Source: Octopus vulgaris
Lineage: Eukaryota
Assembly (NCBI GenBank): GCA_951406725.2
Contig: OX597816.1
Coordinates: forward strand, 48,546,001-48,610,000
DNA: 64,000 bases
Direction of reading: 5' to 3'
This document shows, piece after piece, positions 42,320 to 55,984 of the stretch (position 1 is its first letter; every line of letters begins with the position of its first letter). The notes below the pieces were generated by a model that did not search any database, had not been told where the DNA came from, and worked only from the letters and a program-made list of their open reading frames with translations. The translations under genes and the position numbers were made by a program.

Positions 42320-43842
42320 TTAACATCCGCTTTCCATGCTGGCATGAGTTGGATGTTTTGACTGGAGGCTGCACCAGGCACCAGTCTGATCTGGCAATGT
42401 TTCTACAGCTGGATGCCCTTCCTAACACCAACCATTCCAAGAGTGTAGTGGGTGGTTTTTATGTGGCACTGGTAACAACCACGTTGAAATGGTGCTTTTT
42501 ATGTGCCACCGGCACGGGACCAGTCAGGCAGCACTGGCAACAATCACATTCGAATGGTGCTTTTTATGTGTCACCAGCACGGAACCAGTCAGGTGGCACT
42601 GGCATTGACCACGCTTGAATGGTGCTTTTTACATGCCACCACCTTAATAATAATAATTATTATAATAATAATAATATTACACAATAGTAATATAATAATA
42701 ATATTATAGTATACAATAATAATAATGTACCCTTATTATATAGTGTACCCTTATCAGACAGGTTGTCATAATGGGTATACTGGGCTTCGTATATTTTTAG
42801 CCAGTGTCACTTTGATGGCATGCACTGCTCGCTCACTCAATAATAATAATAATTTTTTTTCTGTACTGCCCACAAGGGGCTAAACATAGAGGTGACAAAC
42901 AAGGACAGACAAAGGGATTAACTCAATTACATCAACCCCAGTGCGTAACTGGTACTTTATTTATCGACCCCGAAAGGATGAAAGGCAAAGTCGACCTCAG
43001 CGGAATTTAAACTCAGAACATAACGACAGATGAAATACCACTAAGCATTTCACCCGACGTGCTAACATTTCTGCCAAATAATAATAATAATATTTGTTTC
43101 AAAGTTTTAGGGCATGGAGTCAGTCAGTGTAATCAGATCTAGTGCTTGATTCATATTTTATTACATTCAGGTCCCCAAAGAATGGAAATACTATTGGCCC
43201 AGTACTTGACTGGTACTTTATTTTATCAAGTCTTGGAGGATTAAAGGCCAAAGTTGATTGTGGTAGAATTTGAACCCAGAACGTTTAAAAGACAGAAACC
43301 AAAAACAAAATAAATAACATAAACATTTTGTTCATTGGTCTAATGTTTCTGCTAAGCTCCTGATTGGACTTTCATAGTGAGACCCAATTGAAGTTGACTT
43401 ATCCCTAGTATGCGGCTGGTACTGTCTTATCAACTTTGGAAAGATTGAAGATCAAGGTCAATTTCTGCAAGATTTGAAGTTTGGTAAATGGCAGAGTGGA
43501 AACCTAAAACACTGGAACTTAACTTTTAATCTAATTCTTCAAACAGTGGAATAAATTTTATGCCTCACAGCATGAAATTACACGGTGGAATAAATTTTAT
43601 GGCTCATAGCATAAAATTCATTCCGGTGTTTGAATTATTTGTATTACTATTTACCAATGCAGAACATCACTGATTTCTTCAGATTCTACAGCTTTTGCTT
43701 TTAATCGAATGCTCTATCATTTCTGAGACACTCTGCTGCTACCTTGATATCTACGCCGGCAATAATAGCCTTTAAGGAAACAATTATTTCTTAATTTGGG
43801 GGAAAGCCATAGATTTCTAGACAAGGAGATTTTGCAACTATA

Positions 43843-44158
43843 TGGTTACAGTTGTTTGAGCATTAGATAGAACACCCTTGTGAGATTTGCTCTGTATCTC
43901 TGTGCTCTCAGGTTCAATTCCTGTCAAGGTCAGTTTCCATCCATTGAGGGTTAATAAAATTAAGTATCAATCAAGGACAGTGGATTGGTGGAACAATTTT
44001 TGGTTACAGTTGTTTGAGCATTAGATAGAACACCCTTGTGAGATTTGCTCTGTATCTCTGTGCTCTCAGGTTCAATTCCTGTCAAGGTCAGTTTCCATCC
44101 ATTGAGGGTTGATAAAATTAAGTATCAATCAAGGACAGTGGATTGGTAGAACAATTTT
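43843..44158 (+). repeat. 158-bp tandem duplication of an old SINE remnant
   Basis: Two near-identical copies start at 43843 and 44001. Confidence 0.9.
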
Positions 44159-45967
44159 GTAGCAGTCGTGGTGGCTCTTTGCATTCAAATCACATCCGGG
44201 CAGCTTACCTGAGTTGCAGGCTTAATCCAGCACTTGGTTGAACACCAACATCTGGAACATTGAGAATCTTTATTGGAGTTCATTTCATGCATGCATTTGG
44301 GTAGCCAAGGACTCTGGTTTGAGGTACCCCCCTTCTCTCTCTCTCTCTCCCCCACAAGAGATAAACCCTTGTTGAAGGATCCTGGGTACCTTGCTCAAGA
44401 ACACAACATACAGCCAAGTCCAAGAATCAAACTCACTATCTCATAATTGTGAGCCCGACATTCCTTGGAGCTTTAATAATAATAATAATCATCTCCTTAA
44501 AAAATGTAAGAAATACAATAATAATTTATGCTGCTTTAGCTTTTAAGAATTTTTTTGGTATTTATAATTTGATCTTACCTTGCAGAAATTCTTAATTTTG
44601 TTTTTTACTTTTTTTTGTATGCATGTGTGTGTAGTGGTTGAGAGTGGCGGGTGGAGAGCAATAATTGGTAAAGTCTGTTAATCAGAGAAAAGTGCACAGT
44701 ATAAATATTTTTTCTTAAGTTTCATATTATCAGTCTTTTTTTATTATCTATTTAGTTTTTTTTTTCTTTTCTTGTACAACTATTTCCCCAATTTCTAAAT
44801 AGATTTAGAATGAGAGAGCTTTCAGAATGGAAAATTAGATAATATAGCTAGGCATAGAATTAAATGATATGTTAATACAATATAGTGTATCAGTCAGTCG
44901 TGTTATATTTGCCTTTATCATCATAATGTTTTTTTGTTTGTTTTTTTTTTTGTTTTTGTTTTTGTTTTTTCCTTCTCCAGATGATTCCACCACCATATTG
45001 TAATCAGAAAGCTATTGCACTAAACATGAAACTCATCCTCCCTGCTTCGTTGTGTGTTTCTATATATGCGTGTGTTGGATGTATCTGGGAGCTGGTACAT
45101 GATTGCATGTTGTTGCATTGTGTAGAACAGATAGCAAAGTTTCAATCAGAACACTGTAGAGTGCTCCACAGGCATCATCATTATCATCATCATCATCATC
45201 ATCGTCGTCGTCATCATCATCTTCCTCATTGTTCATTGTTATCAGTGTTAAATTCACTGTCCTTATATGATTGTCCTGGGTTAGGGTTAGGGTTCTGTTT
45301 TGCGATATCCTCGGCACAATGCTGAATTTGCAACAGCACAGATATGGCAGAACTGATAGCAAATAACTTGAGTGTGGTAAGGGTTTGTGTAGGCCTGAGA
45401 AACGTGGGTAGATTTTTATGGTTCTCTGCGTTTCCACGTTCTACTGCAGTGACTGCTGTAGGTGAATATGGAAAGCAATAATTACTTGGTTAGATATGAT
45501 ATGTAACAGGTTTCACTTTAGGTTCACACATGAATATCTACACGCACTTTTTTGCTATTAAGGAGGAACAAAATCTGATGGGTCTTGATTTGACTTTTTT
45601 TTTTTGTGTGTGTTTTTCTTTTCACATTACTGCCCATCATCTGTTGTGCTTTTTTTTCATTTTTTTCTTATCCTTATCTTTTATTCTTTCTTAAAGGAAC
45701 AGTAATAACAATTTCATTTAGCGAAGCATCAGGGCTTGCTTTTTTTTTCTTTTTTTCTGCAGTCTTCATAAAAAGCTTGGTTGATTGAACTGATCGCATG
45801 CCCACCCCCACTCCCCTTCTCCCACCCGTGCCTACACTGAAAATTATTAGTAGTTCTTTTATTGTCGCTGGATGGGCTTGATAAAATCACTACTATTAAC
45901 CATGCACCAACATCTAGCCATCTACACACAAACACCTATATACACACTATATACGTACATACATACA

Positions 45968-46000
<33 letters not shown>

Positions 46001-46159
46001 GCATGTGTGGGCCTAAATGTATCTATGTTTGTGCGTGCATAAAACAATGTATTAGGTTTACACTCAGGAAAAATAGAAGGAAAACGCTTTTATGTTTCAA
46101 GTATACACTCTTCTACAGAAAGAACAGACAAAGAGAGAATAAAATGTAGTAAAGGAAGA

Positions 46160-46206
<47 letters not shown>

Positions 46207-47299
46207 ATAAATGTGTATACATATTTATGCACACACATACACATGCACATATGTTCTGAGCATCTGAATCATATTATGTGTAAGGTATTATGAATGCATT
46301 TTCTGTGTGTATGTATTGTAGTGTAATATACAACAAGGAGTTGTAAAATAAATCGTTATAAGTCAGCCCTTGCAGAGCCAGATCGATAGCAAATAATTTC
46401 ACATACACACACACACACAAACACACATTCTAGAAATTATATCTATTCAGAGCAACAAAAAAGAAAATTATAAAAAAAAAGCAAAAAATAAACAAGCAAA
46501 AACCCTTCCTGATAACCAGATGATTTGGAATCTTCTGAAACATATTGGTAATAAACTCAAAAGTCGATCGTATCTATATGTGTTGTTGTTGTTGTTGTTG
46601 TTGTTATTTGGTGTTTGGTAGGAAGAGACAAACTAAAATACTGCAATGCATTTTGTCTGACACTCCATTTCCATGACCACTTTTCATCAAATGAACAATA
46701 ATTATAATGATAACAATGCTGCAAATAGGAGTGAAAAAGCCAGATTAATACAAACCAGTGAAGAGCCCTTTATTTTACAAAAAAAAATTTTTTTTTGTAG
46801 TATTTTCACGAGTTGATAGAAACAGCAACCAAATCTTCCTCACATCACAGACTGCCATCATAAAAACAAAAACACAAAAAAAAAGCAAAAAAATTCAGTA
46901 GATAATGGGATCTTTCAAAACAGTACAGTCATCATCATCATCATCATCATAAATTAATGTCCGCTTTTCCAAGCTTGCATAAGTGAACTAGAATTCATTC
47001 ATTTAAGGCAGATATCTGCAGCTGGATGCTCTTCCCCTCTACAACCCTCACTTGATTTTAAGCAAGATATTGTATATCATAGTGCTTCAAATACAAAACA
47101 GTTCAGTGACTGGACTTGCTTTCACAGGGGCTTGCAAATGAGCCCCATTGCTAGTAGTATATCAGTGACATTTCTTTAGAATTAGTGCATGGTTTCTAGA
47201 TATGGACATTATATCTGCAGGTGGTAGTGGGGGAGCATTAGGGGGGAAATAATGTTGACTTGAATGTTTTTGGTCTGGGGAGATGGCATGCCTATCACA

Positions 47300-47694
47300 C
47301 TAATGCCAGTGCTCAACAGTACTTAATTTATCAACCCTGATTTTAAATCCAGAACAGAAAGATGGACACTAAATGTTTTCTTCGGCATTCTAACAATTCC
47401 AATTCTGCCAACTCAGCATCATATAATAATAATAATAATAATAATTTCAAATTTTGGCACAGGATCAGCAATTTGGTGGGAGAGGTTAAGCTGAGTATAT
47501 TGAACCCCAGTGCTCAACTGGTCCTTACTTCAACTCAGAAAGGATGAAAGGCAAAGTTGACCCTGGCAGCATTTGAATTCAAAACTTTAAGTCAGAAGAA
47601 ATTCCACTTAGCATTTTGTCTGGCACAGTAACAATTCTGCCAGCTCACCACCTCGAAAATATAAATAATTATAGCAATCATAATAATAACTGTA

Positions 47695-47728
<34 letters not shown>

Positions 47729-48804
47729 CTTAAGCAATAATGATATCTTCGTTAATGGACAGAAGGCCATAAATTCGCTGGAGAGGCTTAGATAATTAAA
47801 TTGACTCCAGTACTTGAACATTGCATTGCTAAAGTGATGAAAGGCAAATTTGACCTCACTGAGATCTGAACTTGGAAGGTGAAGGACCCAAAGAAATGCC
47901 TCAAGGCATTTCGTCTGACCCTTTAACAATTCTGCCAATCCACTGCCCAATAATAATAATGATAATAATAATAATAATAATAATAATTAGAATTAGAATT
48001 AGAATAATATGGACAATAATAATAATAATTATAATAATAGAAATCATAATGATGATGATTATAATTATAATAATATGGACAATAATAATGATGATGATGA
48101 TGATGATGATAATAATGATAATAGTATGGACAATAATGATAATAAGGATAAATTATCACTATTATTTCTAAGTAAAGCAGTGAGCTGGCAAAATTGTTAA
48201 GGCATAGAAAAAAAATCTCTTTTTGGTATTTCTTCCAAATCTTTACATTCTGAGTTTAATCTTGCCAGGGTCAACTTTGCCTTTCATCTTTTTGAGGTTG
48301 CTACAAAAAGTACCAGACAAACTCTGGGGTCACTAGCATTGACTAAAACCCTTTCCTCTAAAGTACCTAAATGAGAAACCATTATATTATTACTTCACCC
48401 TGGTGGCAAATAAATTAAATCATAAGGTGGCGAGCTGGTGGAATCATTAGCATGTTGGGCAAAATGCTTAGTGGTATTTTGCCTGTCGCTATGTTCTGAG
48501 TTCAAATTCTGCCGAGGTTGACTTTGCCTTTCATCTTTTCGAAGTCAAGAAAATAAGTACCAGTTGAACACTGAGGTTGATGTAATCAACTCATTCCCTC
48601 TCACAAAATTGCTGCCCTTGTGGCAAAATTTGAAACCATTATTATTATTATTCCTATTATTGAGTGAGAGAGCAGTGCATGCAATCAAAGTGACCCTGGG
48701 GTAAAATATACGAAGCCCAGTATACCCATCATGACTACTTGTCTGATAAGGGTACTCCAGGCATATGCATCACAACCATATGTGCGCAACATGGTGATCT
48801 CATA

Positions 48805-48856
<52 letters not shown>

Positions 48857-49071
48857 AGCGTTGAGATGGCAGAACCATTTGCATGTTATGCTGGGCAAAA
48901 TGCGTAGTGACATTTTGTCTGTTCTTACGTTCCGAGTTCAAATTCCGTTGAGGTTGACTATGCCTTTCATCCTTTTGGGGGTTGCTGAAATGAGTACCCG
49001 TTACACACTGGGGTCAATGTAATTGACTTGCCAAACTTGCTGGCCTTGTGCCAAAATTTGAAACCATTATT

Positions 49072-49126
<55 letters not shown>

Positions 49127-50250
49127 TTACTTTTGAGGCAGCGAGCTGGCAGAATCATTAGCACACCAGGCATTTCACCCATCCTTACATTCTGAGTTCA
49201 AATTCCACCAAGGTTGACTTTGCCTTTCATTCTTTCGTGGTTGATAAATTAAATACCAGGGGTTGATGTAATCGACTAGTCCCCTCCTGCCAAATTTCTT
49301 TAGTAGAAAGGATTATTATCATTATTATTATCATAGATATGGCACAGTATACAATATCATGAGGTTGTTGATTGAGGATATTGTGTCTACCAGGAGTTTA
49401 TACTGTTTGTCAAGTCACAAGGACCTCAGACAGAAAGTACTTTACACAATATGCGTACTGTTCCAAGTAATACTGAATTTTGCAATACACCTAGATTGTA
49501 GGGTATTTCTAAAGTTTTCAGATGTTTTTCTTAGATTGGGTAGTATTGCTCCGATGACAATAGGGATAACCTTTATGTTTGACTCTTGTAGCTGCCAGAT
49601 CTTAACGATCCCAATTCTCAGGTCTGAACAAAATGCTTAGTGGCATTTCTTCTAGCTTTATGTTCTGAGTTCAAATTCTGCCGAGCTTGGCTTTGTCTTT
49701 CATCCTTTTGGGGATTAATAAAAAATAAGTGTCAACCAAATATGAGAGTTAATGTATTTGACTTCCTCCTCTCCTCAAAAGAACTGCTGGTTCTGTGTCA
49801 AATTTTGAAACTGTTATTATTATCTAAAGGTGACAGAATTGTTAGCACACCCAGCAAAATATTTAGCAGTATTTTGTCTATCTCTACATTCTGAGTTCAA
49901 ATTCCACTGAGGTTGACCTCGCCTTTCATCCTTTTGGGGTCGAAGCACTGAGGTTGATGAAATCAACTAGCTATCTCTCACAAAATTTCAGGTCATATCC
50001 CTGTTGTAGAAAAGATTATTATTATATTTATTACAAAGCTGGCAAGTTGGCAGAATCATTACTGTACTGGACAAAATGCATAGCAACATGTCTTCTGGCT
50101 CATTATGTTCTGAGTTCAAATTCTACCGAGGTTAACTTTGTCTTTCATCATTTCACAGTTGACATAAATTAATAGTTGAGCACTGTGATTGATGTAACTG
50201 ACTAAACCACTTCTGTCAAAATTGCTAGTCTTATGCAGAAAAAATTTGAA
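47300..50250. repeat. SINE B cluster with an orientation switch near 48000-48170
   Basis: Minus copies lie at 47300-47950. Plus copies lie at ~48175, 48425, 48860, 49135, 49625, 49830 and 50035. Confidence 0.8.
49335..49625 (-). mobile_element. R4/Dong-like 3' fragment, inverted relative of 52750-53025
   Basis: ORFs 49359+ and 52807- share LLIEDIVSTR.LYCLS..KDLRQKVLYTIC. Confidence 0.8.
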
Positions 50251-50404
50251 ATCCCATTTTCCAATACTGGTATGGGTTGGATGGTTTGAGAGGATCTGGT
50301 AAGCTGCAAGTCTACATTAAGATCCAGTGTCAACTTTGGCATGGTTTTTATGACTGGATTCCCTTCCTAACACCAACCACTTTACAGAGTGTAATGGGTG
50401 TCTC

Positions 50405-50690
50405 TTATGCTGAACTGCTAAGTTACGGGGACATAAACACACCAGCATCAGTTGTCAAGCGATGTTGGGGGGACAAACACAGACACACAAACATACACAC
50501 ACATATAAATACATATATATATATATAACGGGCTTCTTTCAGTTTCTGTCTGCCAAATCCACTCACAAGGCTCTGGTCGGCCCGAGGCTATAGTAGAAAA
50601 CACTTGCCAAAGGTGCCACACTGTGGGACTGAACCTGGAACCATGTGGTTGGTAAGCGAGCTACTTACCACACAGCCACTCCTACACCTA
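50405..50690 (-). mobile_element. SINE family A, 3'-truncated
   Basis: Reverse-complement similarity to 11158-11440. Confidence 0.8.
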
Positions 50691-51349
50691 TGTTTATAAT
50701 TCAATACTGTATAGCAGTTAGTCTAATTTCTACTATTTCTACCGCTCCACTGTGAAGGTGCATTGGGTTCACAGTCAGGAGGTAGTGATTTCAATTCTCA
50801 GATTGGGCTGTGTGTTGTGTTCTTGAGCAAGGTTCTTTATTTCACGTTGCTCCAGAAATGAGTTATGATGTCACTGGTGCCGAGCTGTATTGCCCTTTGT
50901 CTTTCCTTTGATAACACTAGTGGCATGGAGAGAGGAGGCTGGTATGCATGGGAAACTGCTGGTCTTCCATAAACAACTTTGCCCAGACTTATGCCTCGGA
51001 GGGGAACTTTCTAGGTGCAATCTGATGGTCATTTATGACCGAAAGGGGTCTTTAACTTTTTACCATTCCACTGTATCTCTTTAACTCTGTTTCCTTGAAT
51101 TAACAAAAGTTTAAGATTTGTTGCAGACAGGAGGATACAATGGATTGAATAGTTTTCAGTATTTATCCTTTACTAATTTTGTTGGTCCCTGAAGCAGGAT
51201 AGCTAAAGTATAAAGCTGACTTGGGTGAAGGTTTGATGCAGAATATAGAAGGATGAAAATAAATTCAGTTTTAAGTAACTGTTGTGTTCTTACTGCAGCT
51301 CTGCTTTTTTAACCTTTAAGTACAGGGCAGAGGGGAGTCAGTGAATGGT

Positions 51350-51584
51350 TTACTCTTACTTTTTACTCTTTTACTTGTTTCAGTCATTTGACTGTGGCCA
51401 TGCTGGAGCACCGCCTTTATTCGAGCAAATCACTCCCAGGACTTATTCTTTGTAAGCCTAGTACTTATTCTATTGGTTTCTTTTGCTGAACTGCTAAGTT
51501 ACGGGGATTTAAATACACCAGCATTGGTTGTCAAGCGATGTTGGGGGGACAAACTCAGAAACACAAACATATACACACACATAC

Positions 51585-51620
<36 letters not shown>

Positions 51621-51785
51621 GACGGGCTTCATTCAGTTTCCGTCTACCAAATCCACTCACAAGGCTTTTGATTGGCCTGAGGCTATAGTAGAAGATACTT
51701 GCCCAAGGTGTCATGCAGTGGGACTGAACCCGGAACCATGTGGTTCGTAAGCAAGCTGCTTACCACACAGCCACTCCTTTGCCTA
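51350..51785 (-). mobile_element. SINE family A
   Basis: Reverse complement of 11158-11573. Confidence 0.85.
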
Positions 51786-52033
51786 CGGTTTGCTGAAAGT
51801 AAGCTGAGATAAAGAAGTGAAGTGTAGGAGGATAAATGTATACCTTCTACTCTCCTTTGTCACCTCCTCCTACCCACTAATATATCCTTTCTTCACCTAC
51901 CCAAAATCCACCACCAACTGATATTCTCTGCTTCCAACTCAAGCCCTATCTCGAATCCTCTGTCATATTGTTTTCACTGTAGCACACTTACCTACCACCC
52001 CAGCTTTTCTGTTCACCTTGTACCTTCAGCTCA

Positions 52034-52103
<70 letters not shown>

Positions 52104-52544
52104 ACTTTTCCAGATGGGGAGGCTATGTTTTCACCTCTTCAGCAAGGCACTTTCTCTTGTTCCTCTAATCATACTTTCATACCCCTCAATACTATACTAG
52201 TCTATGTGTTGAGAGGAAGTCTTTGGGGTATGGATAATTCACCTTCGGAAACATGGGTGTTTTGTTCAACATCCTTAAACAACTATTATTGAGGGACCTT
52301 TTGAGCAGGATGGGCTACTCAACCTGAAGAAAATTCTAACTCAGCCCCACCTGCAAGGTCATGCACTGTTTATCTTTATCAGATCACCATGTTGCGCACA
52401 TATGGCTGTGATGCATGTGCCTGGTGTACCCTTCTCAGACGGGTAGTCATAATGGGTATACTGGGCTTTGTATATTTTTCTCAGTATCACTTTGGTGGCA
52501 TGCACTGCTCTCTCGCTCAATAATAATAATAATAATAATAGCAT

Positions 52545-53025
52545 ACACCGGAAAAATGGTAATAGACGAAAAGGAAAAAGGCAAAAATCTTCTTGGACTT
52601 TGACTTCCAGACAGACAAAGTATTATAGGATTGAAGGTTGGATATAGTAACCTTCATGAGGGACAAACAAGAGTGCCTAATAATTGACGTGGAAGTGCCA
52701 GGAGACCAACATATCATCATGAAAGAAAGAGAAAATGTTGATAAATATGGAGACCTGGGAATTGAGATTGCTAAGATATGGCAGCTACGTGAGTCAAACA
52801 TTAGGTTCAATACCACCCAATTGAAAAGGCATCTGAAAACCTTAGAAATACTCTACAATTTACGTGTATTGCAAAAGTCAGCATTACTTGGGACTGCATG
52901 CATATTGTGTAAAGTACTTTCTGTCTGAGATCCTTGTTGTGATTTGACAAACAGTACAAACCCCTGGTAGACACAATATCTTCAATCAACAAACTCATGA
53001 TATTGTATACTATGCAACGTCTATA
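52545..53025 (+). mobile_element. R4/Dong-like non-LTR 3' fragment (restriction-like endonuclease)
   Basis: DIV..RDKQECLIIDVEVPGDQHIIMKERENVDKYGDLGIEIAKIW..LQKSALLGTACIL, bounded by (TAA)n/(TGA)n. Confidence 0.8.
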
Positions 53026-53072
53026 ATGATAATAATGATGATGATGATGATGACGACGACGACGGCAGCGAC

Positions 53073-53480
53073 GATATAGCGGCGAAAGAATTTGACAAGA
53101 TTAGTAAATATAAAGACCTGCTAATAGAAATTGAAAAAATGTGGCATCTCAAGGCGACTACAGTACCAGTGGTTGTAGGATCTCTAGGAATTATAAAAAA
53201 ATGTACTGAAATCTATTTGAAAATGATTCCAGGCTTACCATCCCTACAGGAAGTGCAAAAAATCGTATTGACTGGAACGGCTCATGTACTGAGAAGAGCA
53301 CTATCGCTGTGAAAATAACATCCATCCATGAATTTCTTCATTCATTAATTTTTAAATACATATTTTATCTGTGAATTTGCGCGTGTAATCTGGGAATGCA
53401 TACAATGCCCTTCTCTGCCCTAGGTGTATGGAAAACACTCAGCGAAAAATGGAAGAAAATTTGAAGAAAGAAGGAAAAAA
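53073..53480 (+). mobile_element. Second R4/Dong-like 3' fragment
   Basis: Open frame DIAAKEFDKISKYKDLLIEIEKMWHLKATTVPVVVGSLG...EVQKIVLTGTAHVLRRALSL* (53073-53312), then a 3' UTR and (TAA)n. Confidence 0.82.
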
Positions 53481-53509
53481 CATAATAATAATAATAATTA
53501 TAATAACAA

Positions 53510-53737
53510 CAATAAAGGCACAAGGCCTAAAATTTTGGGGAGAGGTCTAGTTGATTACATTGATCCCAGTGTTACACTGCTACTTAATTTATCAACTCTG
53601 AAAGGGTGAAAGACAAAGTCGATCTCAGCAGAGTTTGAACTCAGAGCATTGTGGTGGATGTCATGTCACTATGTATTTCACCTGGCATGTTAACAATTCT
53701 GCCAAATTGCCACCTTAATAATAATTCTAATAATAGC

Positions 53738-53805
<68 letters not shown>

Positions 53806-54125
53806 TGATGATAATGATGATGATTTCAAATTTTGGTACGGGTCTAGTCATTACAGAGGAGGGTTTAAGTTGTTTACTATAATACCAGTGTTCAACAGGT
53901 ACTTATCTTATCGGCCCTGAAATAATCCGTTCTACTATAGTCACAAGACCTGAACTTATTGGGGGAAGGGGCTAGTTGATTGCATTGATCCCTGTGCTCA
54001 ACTGGTACTTGCTTTTTTGACTCTGAAAGGATGAAAGGCAACATTGTCCTCAGTGGAACTTGAACTCGGAATGTAAAGGTGGACAAAATGCTCGGCAGCA
54101 TTTTGTCCAGTGTGCCAGCACTCAC

Positions 54126-54130
<5 letters not shown>
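53510..54130 (-). repeat. SINE B copies separated by (TAA)n
   Basis: Same family motifs on the minus strand. Confidence 0.75.
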
Positions 54131-54166
<36 letters not shown>

Positions 54167-54751
54167 TGATAATAACAATAATGATAAAACAACAATAATT
54201 GTAATAGCATAAAATCTTTATCTTTTATCACTCATATTATGAGGAAGTATATAGTGCATGGTTTAGCTATTATTTTCTCCAAATTGATTTATCCATTCTG
54301 TGACTCAGTTGGCAGTATTTCTTTAAGTTATTTAATTTGGTGAACAGACTGCGAGAATAACAAAGACAAAAAAAAAAGATGAAAACAAAAAAAAAAAACG
54401 AAAAAGAAAAATTTACTAAGCATTTCGGCTTCTCTTTCTCTCTTTTTTATTTTTATTATTATTATTATTATTTTGTCTTCGTTTCCATAAAAAAAGTATA
54501 AATCTATTTCTATTCATTAATTGTTCTGATGTAAAATTCTTTCTAGGTATTCTTCCCCTGCCCCTTCCCATCTTCCACTTTCTGTCTTTTACCATTTAGT
54601 GTGTGTCTGTGTGTGTGTGTGTGTGTATGTGTTGTGTAATACATCATGCTTTGTGTTTATTGTCTTTAAACTCACTCTATGTATTCGTGTGAGTGTATAT
54701 CCTGTGCATCTGTGTATGTACAAACACACATGCCTACATACATACATATAT

Positions 54752-54804
<53 letters not shown>

Positions 54805-55537
54805 TACATACAAACACGATGGTAGTCTCTTGTATTCCAAGATAGATAGTTCCACAATTTCTTGTTGAACTATCTGCACAAATGATTTGTTTATTGTGAT
54901 CAAATGTTTGTACTGCATACTAGCTTATGCCCTCCATCAAACTGACACCACTTGAACAGGTGCACAATGTACCATAAGTCAGGTGTTTAAGTGGTTGCTG
55001 AGCAATGCATGATGAAGCATTTTGCTCAAGAACACAATAAATCACCTGGTCCAAGAATTGAAACCACAATCTCGCAGTTGCGAGTACAACACCCTTACCA
55101 CTAGGCTATGCGCCTTCAACAGACGTAAAAAAATACATACGTACACACTGACACACACACACACGCATATATAAATATATATAGTTCAAATTTACAGGAA
55201 ACAAAAGACAATGACAGGTGATGGAAGAAGCAGGTGTATTAGTTTGATGCTTGGTAAGAAAGGAGAAGTCTTTGATGTTTCGAGTCTATGCTCTTTAACA
55301 GAAAGGGCTGAGAGGAGAAAAAAAATGGAGAGAGAAGAAAATGTGTGGGGTTACTCTTACACACACATATAGTCCACAATGTAAAGTGGTTGGCATTAGG
55401 AAGGGCGTCCATCCAGAAAAGCCATGCCAAAACAGTTTAGCTAGGTGCAGTCCTTTGGCTTTCCAGCTCCTGTCAAAGCATCCAGCCTATGCCAACATGG
55501 AAGACAGACATTAAATGATGATGATGACACACATATG

Positions 55538-55588
<51 letters not shown>

Positions 55589-55984
55589 GCATGCATGCAC
55601 GTGCGTGCGTGCACATTGTCATCATCTTCATTTCAAAATGAATTTTAGCCTCACTGTAATAGCTAAAACTCAGTGATTGCTTCAGAGATTTTATCTATCC
55701 ATGAAGTAGATGCAAGCATTGGCATGTGGTTGAGACAAACATGCATGCTGCCTGCTGTGCTCTGCTGACTGCACACACCCTCTCTTGGTGGCACTCACTC
55801 AAGAATGCATATGGCCAGTGGTACCATTAACAAGGTGATATCACACTTCTCGTTTTTGTTTTGTTTAGCTTTTCCTTTTCCTCTTCCACCAGGATCTCTC
55901 TTCCAACAAAACCCTGGTAAATGGATTTGGTTGATTGAAAAGAGACCCATTATGTGTGTGTGTGTGTGTGTGTATGGATCAAAA

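Larger units (their letters stand above)
39540..43340 (-). repeat. Cluster of SINE B copies interleaved with (TAA)n/(TGA)n, all on the minus strand
   Basis: Repeated aaaggatgaaaggcaaagtcgacc...atttgaactcagaa units at ~39570, 40130, 40350, 41140, 42085, 42860 and 43200. Confidence 0.8.

Noticed and set aside
44205-44260. Minus-strand 43-nt micro-exon with a CAG|GTAAG donor
   Set aside because: The acceptor is weak, there are no partner exons, and it lies among repeat remnants.
47872-48200. Poly-I/N/D/M/Y ORFs
   Set aside because: They are (AAT)n/(GAT)n trinucleotide repeats.
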